A stretch of 7,105 bases of DNA, from NCBI GenBank assembly GCA_031256725.1, contig JAIRQE010000017.1:1-7105 (forward strand), given 5' to 3'. The DNA comes from Propionibacteriaceae bacterium (GTDB lineage Bacteria > Actinomycetota > Actinomycetes > Propionibacteriales > Propionibacteriaceae). Made by a program: the position numbers and the translations under genes. The notes under the pieces were generated by a model. The model searched no databases and was not told the DNA's origin. It saw only the letters and a list, made by a program, of their open reading frames with translations. Shown piece by piece: positions 1-5,459 of this stretch (position 1 is the first letter of the stretch; each line of letters starts with the position of its first letter).

Positions 1-30
1 TCTTAAGGTCGACCTAGTCAATCTGATGGC

Positions 31-54
31 GTCAGAAGATACGTCCCCCTGACA
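31..54. repeat. Palindromic REP-like element, copy A (solo, 33 nt past the recR stop)
   Basis: GTCAGAAGATACGTCCCCCTGACA is about 85 percent identical to copy C. The following TCGTCCCTG (65-73) also recurs after copy C (5016-5024). On the minus (recR) strand it folds into a 9-bp hairpin that includes G.U pairs. Confidence 0.6.
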
Positions 55-86
55 CCACTGACCCTCGTCCCTGCGACATGCTCGTA

Positions 87-686
87 CTAGGAGTTCAGGA
101 CTCGTCGTCCTTCAAAGGCTCGCCCAAGAGTAATCTCGTCGGCATATTCGAGGTCCCCTCCCACTGGCAACCCTGAGGCGAGACGGGAAATCTGGAGATC
201 CAGGGAGGCCAGCAACCGAGCAAGATAGGTCGCTGTCACCTCACCCTCGGTATTAGGGTTGGTCGCCAAGATGATTTCGGTGACTGTACCGTCTTCCAGA
301 CGATGAACCAGTTCGCGGATATGGAGGTCGGCTGGGCCACGGTTGTCGATGGGAGAGATGGATCCTCCAAGGACGTGGTAGACCCCTCGGAATTCTCGGG
401 TACGTTCAATGGCAACAATATCCTTGGATTCCTCAACCACACAGATCTTGGTACGATCCCGGCGCGAGTCCCTACAAATCCGGCAGACCTCATCTTCGGT
501 TGCATTGAAACAGGTCTGACAGAATTTTACTGTTTCCTTGGCCCGAATAATCGCGTTGGCTAGGGATTTCACGTCCTCAATCTCGGAGTCCAACAGGAAG
601 AAGGCGATGCGTTGAGCACTCTTGGGTCCTACTCCAGGTAGGCGGCTCAGTTCAGCAATGAGGTCTTGGATGGGGCCGTCGTACAT
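87..686 (-). CDS. recR: Recombination protein RecR
   Basis: 199-aa ORF. It has an N-terminal helix-hairpin-helix ([14 protein letters not shown]), a C4 zinc finger (CQTC...CRIC) and a Toprim-type core ([27 protein letters not shown]). The ATG at 686-684 overlaps the dnaX stop by 1 nt (TAATG on the minus strand). Confidence 0.95.
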   Translation of the reverse strand: MYDGPIQDLIAELSRLPGVGPKSAQRIAFFLLDSEIEDVKSLANAIIRAKETVKFCQTCFNATEDEVCRICRDSRRDRTKICVVEESKDIVAIERTREFRGVYHVLGGSISPIDNRGPADLHIRELVHRLEDGTVTEIILATNPNTEGEVTATYLARLLASLDLQISRLASGLPVGGDLEYADEITLGRAFEGRRVLNS

Positions 687-2662
687 TAACTCTTCTTTCG
701 CGATTCCTCGGAAACCAACTCAGCATCGAACATCTCTATGACTAACTCAGATGCTTCATCAATGGGGTTCTCAACGATGTCGTCATCGTCACTGGGAGCG
801 TCACCGGATGCATCCGGGGGATTCGGAACCACTGCCAATGCCGGAGCCTTGTGGCCCGACCCAGCCATGGGTTGTACCCCTTCAGAACTAGTGGCCAAAG
901 ACAGGATTGCTGTACCCTCATCGGGAATCGCTTCAGACTCCAACCGGGCTCGAATCTGGATCGTCGCACCCATCTCTGTGGATATCGCCTGTGCGAGGCA
1001 ATCATCCCCACCAGAGCGGTTGAAGTTATCCCGTGGGCCCGCATCAGTGAAGGTTACCCACAGGACCCTCTCCCGGATCTCAAGATCTTTGGTGTACTGG
1101 TTGAGGATCATCCACACATAGCGGCGGATCTCGGAGGTTCGCGAAAGAATCCTCGGCCAGGCTTGACGAATCCATTCAGTGGACAGATCCGTGGGTGGGG
1201 TCGCAGGTTTGGGTGGGGATGGCGGATCCTCCACAACAGGCTTGGGCTCAGCGGACTTGGGCTCAGCGGACTTGGGTGGAGCCTTGGGCGGCTGGGGGTC
1301 CGCCGCTGGCTGACTGGCCTCACGCAAAGACTGGGGTACAGAGCGTACTGGCGGTGCAGGCTCAGGTGGAACAGGAGCCTCACGTACAGGTCCACTTGGC
1401 GTGAAGCCCTTTTCCAGCTTCTCCAAGCGGGCAATGATTCCACGTTCACCAGCGTCGGCTGCAGGCAAAAGAATCCGGGCACACATGAGTTCCAACTGCA
1501 AGCGGGGGGCGGTCGTACCCCTCATGCCTACGAGCCCAGCAGCCAAAACCTCGGCAGCCCTCGTCAGGGAACCGATCCCGATTTCCTTGGCCTGGTGACG
1601 ATAACGTTCCCCTTGGTCATCGGGTACATCAAGGAGCCCAGTCGACAAAGCATCAGGGACAGCAGCGACGATCACCAGGTCACGGAACCGAGTCAGAAGA
1701 TCCTCAGTGAAACGACGAGGGTCCTGGCCCGCCTCGATGACGCGATCTACATTAGCGAAAACCTCAGCAGAGTCACCAGCAGCGATGGCATCCACCACCC
1801 CATCCAAGAGGGAATCCGGTGTGTAGCCGAGAAGGGCAGCTGCATGATCGTACCCAACCCCAGAGTCAGGTGAACCACCTATGAGTTGGTCCAAAACAGA
1901 TAGTGCATCTCGGACAGAACCAGATCCTGCTCGTACCACCATTGGAATCACACCGGACTCAACACTCACGCCCTCCTCCTCGCAGATCTGGGTGAGGAAG
2001 GTGGTCATCGTCTTGGGAGGAATCAGACGGAACGGATAGTGGTGGGTCCTGGAACGGATCGTACCAATGACCTTGTCAGGCTCGGTTGTCGCAAAGATGA
2101 ACTTCACATGGGGCGGAGGCTCCTCAACCAACTTCAGCAGAGCATTAAACCCCGCTGAGGTGACCATATGGGCCTCATCAACAATATAGACACGGTAGCG
2201 GGATCGTACAGGTGCATAGAAAGCGCGCTCTCGCAAGTCGCGAGCATCATCAACGCCACCGTGACTTGCAGCGTCGATCTCCAAAACATCTATCGAGCCT
2301 GGACCACCGCGAGCAAGATCTGTACATGAGTGGCAGACCCCACAGGGTTCAGGGGTTGGCCCCTTTTCACAGTTCAACGACCGGGCGAGGATTCGCGCTG
2401 AGGAGGTCTTGCCGCAACCCCTCGGCCCCGAGAAGAGGTACGCATGGGTGACGCGATTATTCGAAAGGGCTCTTTTCAACGGAGTCGTCACATGCTCTTG
2501 ACCAATAACTTCGCCAAAGACTTCCGGACGATAGCGACGGTACAAAGCCAAAGGAGCATCAGTGCTGACAGGGCTCGACACTGGCGGGTCTGCAAACAGA
2601 CTCGGACCATCTTGAGCAAAGAATTCCGGCCCACCATCAAGTTCTTCAAGCTGCGCATCCAT
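686..2662 (-). CDS. dnaX: DNA polymerase III subunit gamma/tau (DnaX)
   Basis: 658-aa ORF. It has Walker [10 protein letters not shown], a Zn module [16 protein letters not shown], Walker B YIVDEAHM and a sensor SRT. A Pro/Lys-rich low-complexity linker and a C-terminal tau-like region follow. About 38 aa of N-terminal extension precede the usual ALYRRYRP motif. Confidence 0.95.
   Translation of the reverse strand: MDAQLEELDGGPEFFAQDGPSLFADPPVSSPVSTDAPLALYRRYRPEVFGEVIGQEHVTTPLKRALSNNRVTHAYLFSGPRGCGKTSSARILARSLNCEKGPTPEPCGVCHSCTDLARGGPGSIDVLEIDAASHGGVDDARDLRERAFYAPVRSRYRVYIVDEAHMVTSAGFNALLKLVEEPPPHVKFIFATTEPDKVIGTIRSRTHHYPFRLIPPKTMTTFLTQICEEEGVSVESGVIPMVVRAGSGSVRDALSVLDQLIGGSPDSGVGYDHAAALLGYTPDSLLDGVVDAIAAGDSAEVFANVDRVIEAGQDPRRFTEDLLTRFRDLVIVAAVPDALSTGLLDVPDDQGERYRHQAKEIGIGSLTRAAEVLAAGLVGMRGTTAPRLQLELMCARILLPAADAGERGIIARLEKLEKGFTPSGPVREAPVPPEPAPPVRSVPQSLREASQPAADPQPPKAPPKSAEPKSAEPKPVVEDPPSPPKPATPPTDLSTEWIRQAWPRILSRTSEIRRYVWMILNQYTKDLEIRERVLWVTFTDAGPRDNFNRSGGDDCLAQAISTEMGATIQIRARLESEAIPDEGTAILSLATSSEGVQPMAGSGHKAPALAVVPNPPDASGDAPSDDDDIVENPIDEASELVIEMFDAELVSEESRKKS
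1241..1294 (-). repeat. In-frame tandem repeat inside the dnaX linker
   Basis: CTTGGGCTCAGCGGA is repeated perfectly at 1241-1255 and 1256-1270. Two degenerate 12-nt units starting CTTGGG follow, at 1271 and 1283. On the minus strand this encodes ..[13 protein letters not shown]... Confidence 0.8.
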
Positions 2663-2669
2663 GAGTACA

Positions 2670-2675
2670 AGACTA
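2670..2675 (-). promoter_or_regulatory. -10-like TAGTCT hexamer 7 nt upstream of the dnaX ATG (leaderless geometry)
   Basis: The minus strand reads ..CCTAGTCTtgtactcATGGAT. This fits the actinobacterial TANNNT -10 pattern. No Shine-Dalgarno sequence is visible upstream of the ATG. Confidence 0.3.
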
Positions 2676-2914
2676 GGTGCTCACTCGGACATTTCCGAAT
2701 GCTGACGCGTTTTCAGACAATGATCTGGATGGATTTCGTACACATGCGGATTCGATGGAAGCCACCTGGGGCCAAAGTCGATGTGCGAAGCGTGTAGCAG
2801 TGACTATCTCAAAAGCCGAACAGGTGCTTGAACTGGGAGCCCATGGTGGGCAAGAATTGCGGTAGGCCCGCGCTGACGAGCACGCCAATGAGGCCACAGT
2901 TGAAAGGAACTCCC

Positions 2915-3688
2915 ATGGTAGACCCAACACCGCGTTCATTAGATTATGGCATGCGATTTGAAGGAAAGACAGCTGTCGTCACTGGTGCCGGATCAGGCAT
3001 TGGCTTGGCCACAGCCGAGATCCTCATCCAAGACGGCGGGCGTGTCTTCGCCGTCGACCTCATGGAGGATCGTCTTGCCGAAGCCCAGGAACGCCTCGGC
3101 GAGAATTACATCCCGATTGCTATCGACATCACCCGTCCTGAGGCTGCCGCACACATCGTACAAAAGGCCGACTTCAAGATCAATATCCTCGTCAACAATG
3201 CAGGGATCATGGACGGATTCCTGCCCATCGTTGAGCTTGATGATGAGACCTGGGAGAGTGTCATGGGTGTCAATATCACGGCCATGATGAGGCTGTGTCG
3301 AGCCACGATCCCTCACATGCTCCAGGCTGGTTCTGGCGCTATCGTCAATGTATCCTCGGAAGCTAGTTTGCGTACCTGTGCAGGGGTCGCCTACACAGTC
3401 TCCAAGCATGCCGTCAACGGTTTAACCAAACACATCGCTGCCCTCTATGACAAGGCTGGGATTCGCTGTAACGCGGTTGCCCCTGGTGCAGTGAAGACTA
3501 ATGTGGGTGGCAATTTCCGCTCCGAGTTGGCTGCGAAGCGTTTGGGTCCGATTATGGCTGCGACTGCCCCTGAGATGGCTGAGCCCGAATTGCTTGCCCG
3601 TGCAATCTGCTTCCTGGCTGACGACCATGGTGCAAAGTACATCAATGGTGTGATCCTCCCAGTCGATAACGGCTGGTCTGTCGTTTGA
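2915..3688 (+). CDS. Short-chain dehydrogenase/reductase (SDR) family NAD(P)-dependent oxidoreductase; substrate unknown
   Basis: Classical SDR motifs are present: TGAGSGIG (TGxxxGxG), NNAG, and catalytic Ser (VSSEAS) plus YTVSK (YxxxK). The ORF track opens at 2828, but ATG 2915 has AGGA 6 nt upstream. ATG 2951 (MRFEGKTAVVTGA) is an alternative start. Confidence 0.85.
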   Translation: MVDPTPRSLDYGMRFEGKTAVVTGAGSGIGLATAEILIQDGGRVFAVDLMEDRLAEAQERLGENYIPIAIDITRPEAAAHIVQKADFKINILVNNAGIMDGFLPIVELDDETWESVMGVNITAMMRLCRATIPHMLQAGSGAIVNVSSEASLRTCAGVAYTVSKHAVNGLTKHIAALYDKAGIRCNAVAPGAVKTNVGGNFRSELAAKRLGPIMAATAPEMAEPELLARAICFLADDHGAKYINGVILPVDNGWSVV

Positions 3689-3716
3689 GGGACTTGGGGA
3701 GGTAGCCCGGTCTAAC

Positions 3717-4253
3717 CTAGCTCCTCACTGCGTGATCCCCAAGATCCTCACGTGCGGATTCTCGCGCGAGAAGGCTTTGCTTGATTCCAAGGCCGTACCT
3801 GAAACCTCCTAGGCTTCCGTCTGCCCTGAGAACACGATGACAGGGTACGAACAATGCAACTGCGTTGTTTGCACATGCGCTGGCTGCTGCTCGTACAGCC
3901 CTAGGATTCCCCGCCCGCTCAGCGAGTTGGGTGTACGAAATGCGCTGGGCTGGTTGTACCTCATGTAAGGCTTGCCAAGCGCTGAGCTGGAAGGTACCTC
4001 CGTGCTGAAGAACAGGCACCTTACGAAGGAGCCCGAACTCACCCATGTAATAGGCGGCAACGGCATCCAGGGCCAAGGACAGGATTGCGGACTCATCAGG
4101 CCTGATCACTGTCGGGCATAAAGTGGAGTGGATCAGTGACTTCAACTCGTCTAGGTTCTCCGTCCAACCGGAGGCGAGAACTCCGTTGGTGGTGGTGAAG
4201 ATACTAAAAGGCCCGTCAGGGGTGGTACACGTGTGAGTATGGGCTTCCATCAT
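3717..4253 (-). CDS. ogt: Methylated-DNA--protein-cysteine methyltransferase (Ogt/MGMT family)
   Basis: 178-aa ORF. The C-terminal DNA-binding domain carries the diagnostic active-site motif VPCHRV and a helix-turn-helix region (ISYTQLAERAGNPRAVRAAASACANN). There are two adjacent ATGs (4253 and 4250). GGAG lies 5 nt upstream of the second. Confidence 0.9.
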   Translation of the reverse strand: MMEAHTHTCTTPDGPFSIFTTTNGVLASGWTENLDELKSLIHSTLCPTVIRPDESAILSLALDAVAAYYMGEFGLLRKVPVLQHGGTFQLSAWQALHEVQPAQRISYTQLAERAGNPRAVRAAASACANNAVALFVPCHRVLRADGSLGGFRYGLGIKQSLLARESAREDLGDHAVRS

Positions 4254-4292
4254 TGCTCCAATCCCCGAATCCTGGTGATGAGTCTACGCCCT

Positions 4293-4298
4293 TATATA
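4293..4298 (-). promoter_or_regulatory. -10-like TATATA in the AT-rich trough upstream of ogt
   Basis: The stretch at about 4280-4380 is the most AT-rich part of the window by eye. TATATA sits about 40 nt upstream of the ogt start and is flanked by two AAATGCA repeats (4300-4306 and 4321-4327). The hexamer reads similarly on both strands. Confidence 0.3.
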
Positions 4299-4369
4299 GA
4301 AATGCACATTTTCGTGGATAAAATGCAAGTTTCTTCTTCTCCCAGTATTTGATCATTTAGGGACCATTG

Positions 4370-4714
4370 CTTGAAAATAGATGAGGTGGCAGGTAGGCTT
4401 CCTGGTGTAACGGACCATCCTTGCGGGGAGCATGGAGTCCTTATCATGGTGAGGATCAAACGGGGTTTGTACCTGCACCATCACTAGTTGTGCATGTGTT
4501 GTACATGTGTAAGAGCAATGCTGGGGTAGGCATCTGCTCATCATGGTCACGGGGGAGTGATCCGTGGATATTCCGTAGAAACAGTTGAAGTCCTATGCCC
4601 TCATAAGGCTGAGGACTTGTTGTCATCCCGTGATGTCCCAAGGTTCAGCCCAGAGGCACCGTGATGTCTATGAGTTTTCTCAAGAGTTTCACTGAATATC
4701 GCTGATTGCTTTTC
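4370..4714 (+). repeat. Module 1 of tandem noncoding repeat (degenerate copy)
   Basis: TGAAAATAGAT (4372-4382) resembles TGAATAGAT at the start of module 2. CAAACGGGGTTTGT (4457-4470) resembles the module-3 hairpin CAAACGG..CCGTTTGT with its apex missing. ATCATGG occurs at 4443 and 4540. The region is rich in hairpins, but similarity to modules 2 and 3 is weak. Confidence 0.3.
4628..4668 (+). repeat. Direct repeat CCGTGATGTC x2, period 31 nt
   Basis: Perfect 10-mers at 4628-4637 and 4659-4668 in the noncoding gap. Confidence 0.6.
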
Positions 4715-4804
4715 CTGGCGTGAATAGATCAGTAATCATGGGCACACAGTTACTGAGTACTAAGAACTCAACTGCAGAACTACACATGGATGTACCGTGG
4801 GCTG

Positions 4805-4900
4805 GCCATCACCCCTCCCCCAAAATACGGTGACTGGCTCGCGGTCTGGCGACACTCGTGTCGTCAATGGCGGTGGGGGTGGCTAGCGCCCCTACCGCTA
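4805..4900 (+). ncRNA. Candidate structured RNA core of module 2 (three hairpins: C-rich loop, tetraloop, GC hairpin)
   Basis: H1 pairs GCCATCAC (4805-4812) with GTGA-c-TGGC (4830-4838) and has the 17-nt loop CCCTCCCCCAAAATACG. H2 (4849-4864) is a 6-bp stem with a CUCG loop. H3 (4868-4900) pairs GCGGTGGGGG with CCCCTACCGC, including a G4875.U4893 pair that is only allowed on the plus strand. No promoter or 3' end has been established. Confidence 0.3.
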
Positions 4901-4934
4901 ATTACTGCAATTCCTATCGGGGGGTGTCAAGGGA

Positions 4935-4960
4935 GTGTCAGAGGACGTATCTCTTGACAC
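4935..4960. repeat. Palindromic REP-like element, copy B (inverted relative to A and C)
   Basis: Sequence is GTGTCAGAGGACGTATCTCTTGACAC. Its core (4936-4959) is complementary to copy C at 22 of 24 positions. Confidence 0.65.
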
Positions 4961-4990
4961 GTCTTGACCATGTACCACTCCTTCATCAAA

Positions 4991-5014
4991 TGTCAAGAGA
5001 TACGTCTCCTGACA
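4991..5014. repeat. Palindromic REP-like element, copy C
   Basis: TGTCAAGAGATACGTCTCCTGACA is self-complementary: TGTCA pairs with TGACA and GAGA with TCTC, around a central TACG. Together with copy B it forms an inverted pair separated by 30 nt. Confidence 0.65.
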
Positions 5015-5141
5015 ATCGTCCCTGACTCTCAAGGAAGAATGGTTGCTACGTGAGTTCTCTCACGATTATCGGCACTTTGGTCGGACTAGGGGAAACGTTG
5101 CGCTGGAATAGTTGCATAAGTGATTGATGGCCAACAATCAC

Positions 5142-5182
5142 TGGGGAAGCAGGAGAAAGACTGTGTTGTCGTGGGGAAGCAG
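5142..5182 (+). repeat. Direct repeat TGGGGAAGCAG x2, period 30 nt
   Basis: Perfect 11-mers at 5142-5152 and 5172-5182. GGGGAAG is complementary to the CTTCCCC of the module-3 C-run (5218-5224). Confidence 0.6.
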
Positions 5183-5203
5183 CAGTACACAATACGTACC
5201 GCG

Positions 5204-5311
5204 ATCTGCCGTCATACTTCCCCCCAAAGATAGCAGATGGTGGTCAGGTGGCCTACGGCTTGCCGTAGTGTCGCTTCGCAAACGGTGGGGTGCTTTAGCC
5301 CCCACCGTTTG
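5204..5311 (+). ncRNA. Candidate structured RNA core of module 3 (paralogous three-hairpin unit)
   Basis: H1 pairs ATCTGC (5204-5209) with GCAGAT (5233-5238) and has the 23-nt loop CGTCATACTTCCCCCCAAAGATA. H2 (5253-5268) pairs CTACGG with CCGTAG around a CUUG tetraloop. H3 (5279-5311) is a perfect 12-bp stem, CAAACGGTGGGG with CCCCACCGTTTG, with a 9-nt loop. Confidence 0.3.
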
Positions 5312-5431
5312 TCTGCCCCCATCAAACCAAGGAATTGGGAAAGGTTCCTTGAAAAGCTCAGGTAATGTGGCAGAACCGTGCAAGCAAGGGGGCATCCTTG
5401 CAAGGATGTGGCGACACGGTACACCGGGGGG

Positions 5432-5459
5432 TGAAGGAGTTCATCACCGAACTCCTTCA
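5432..5459 (+). terminator. Perfect 11-bp hairpin without a U tract (possible I-shaped terminator or leader element)
   Basis: TGAAGGAGTTC (5432-5442) pairs perfectly with GAACTCCTTCA (5449-5459) around the 6-nt loop ATCACC. TTCAAGTGATTG follows rather than a U run. The hairpin lies 120 nt upstream of the regulator start. Confidence 0.3.

Larger units (their letters stand above)
4715..5102 (+). repeat. Module 2 of tandem noncoding repeat
   Basis: Shares nine colinear blocks with module 3 (coordinates in finding 1). It carries two extra palindromic insertions, at 4935-4960 and 4991-5014. Confidence 0.55.

Noticed and set aside
1-20. AGGTCGAC plus CTTAAG at the window start recurring at 6173-6197 (TAGGTCGAC..CTTAAGA).
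   Set aside because: Both cores are 6-bp palindromes, and the shared stretch is only 8-9 nt with different spacing. This could be chance, and no supporting structure was seen.
738-1873. Plus-strand ORFs (127 and 340 aa) and nested minus-strand ORFs inside dnaX. Similar antisense ORFs occur inside recR, the SDR gene, ogt and the regulator gene.
   Set aside because: These are typical shadow ORFs of GC-rich coding DNA. Their sequences are R/G/W/P-rich, and they fully overlap genes with unambiguous motifs.
2721-2730. A 10-nt match, TGATCTGGAT, to the TPP riboswitch (THI-box) core.
   Set aside because: There is no CUGAGA element. There is no CCAG partner to close the CUGG helix. The downstream gene is an SDR, which is not thiamine-related.
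2663-2914. The SRP (4.5S/ffs) RNA expected upstream of dnaX.
   Set aside because: CCCCAGGTGGCTTCCATCG (minus) and GATGGAAGCCACC (plus) superficially recall CAGG..GGAA..AGC. However, no GNRA-closed helix with the symmetric-loop motifs can be drawn. This needs cmsearch to be certain.
2444-2939. ORFs 2444..2797(+), 2488..2670(-), 2673..2939(-) and 2677..2865(+) around the dnaX/SDR divergent region.
   Set aside because: They overlap the dnaX 5' end or each other, have odd composition and lack an RBS. The region is better explained as divergent promoters.
3698-3724. The imperfect hairpin GGAGGTAG..CTAGCTCC between the convergent SDR and ogt genes, as a bidirectional terminator.
   Set aside because: It is an 8-bp stem with a central mismatch and no U tract, and its 3' arm lies inside the ogt coding end. 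It is too weak to call.
4353-4641. Two minus-strand ORFs of 65 and 61 aa in module 1.
   Set aside because: They are short and overlap each other. They are Cys/His/Met/Thr-rich, have no ribosome-binding site, and show no family resemblance.
31-5030. Direct-orientation copies A and C of the palindromic element as att-like boundaries of an inserted island.
   Set aside because: They would bracket recR, dnaX and ogt, which are core genes. No integrase or tRNA is present. A dispersed repeat is the simpler reading.
5175-5183. GGAAGCAGC, which is identical to part of SRP RNA domain IV.
   Set aside because: There is no flanking CAGGUCC..GGAA helix. The string is part of the 11-nt direct repeat TGGGGAAGCAG.
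5337-5385. RNase P-like strings (GGGAAAGGTTCC, CTCAGGTAATG, GTGCAAGC).
   Set aside because: The universally conserved GAGGAAAGUCCGGGC and ACAGAACCCGGCUUA elements are absent, and the surrounding architecture does not fit.
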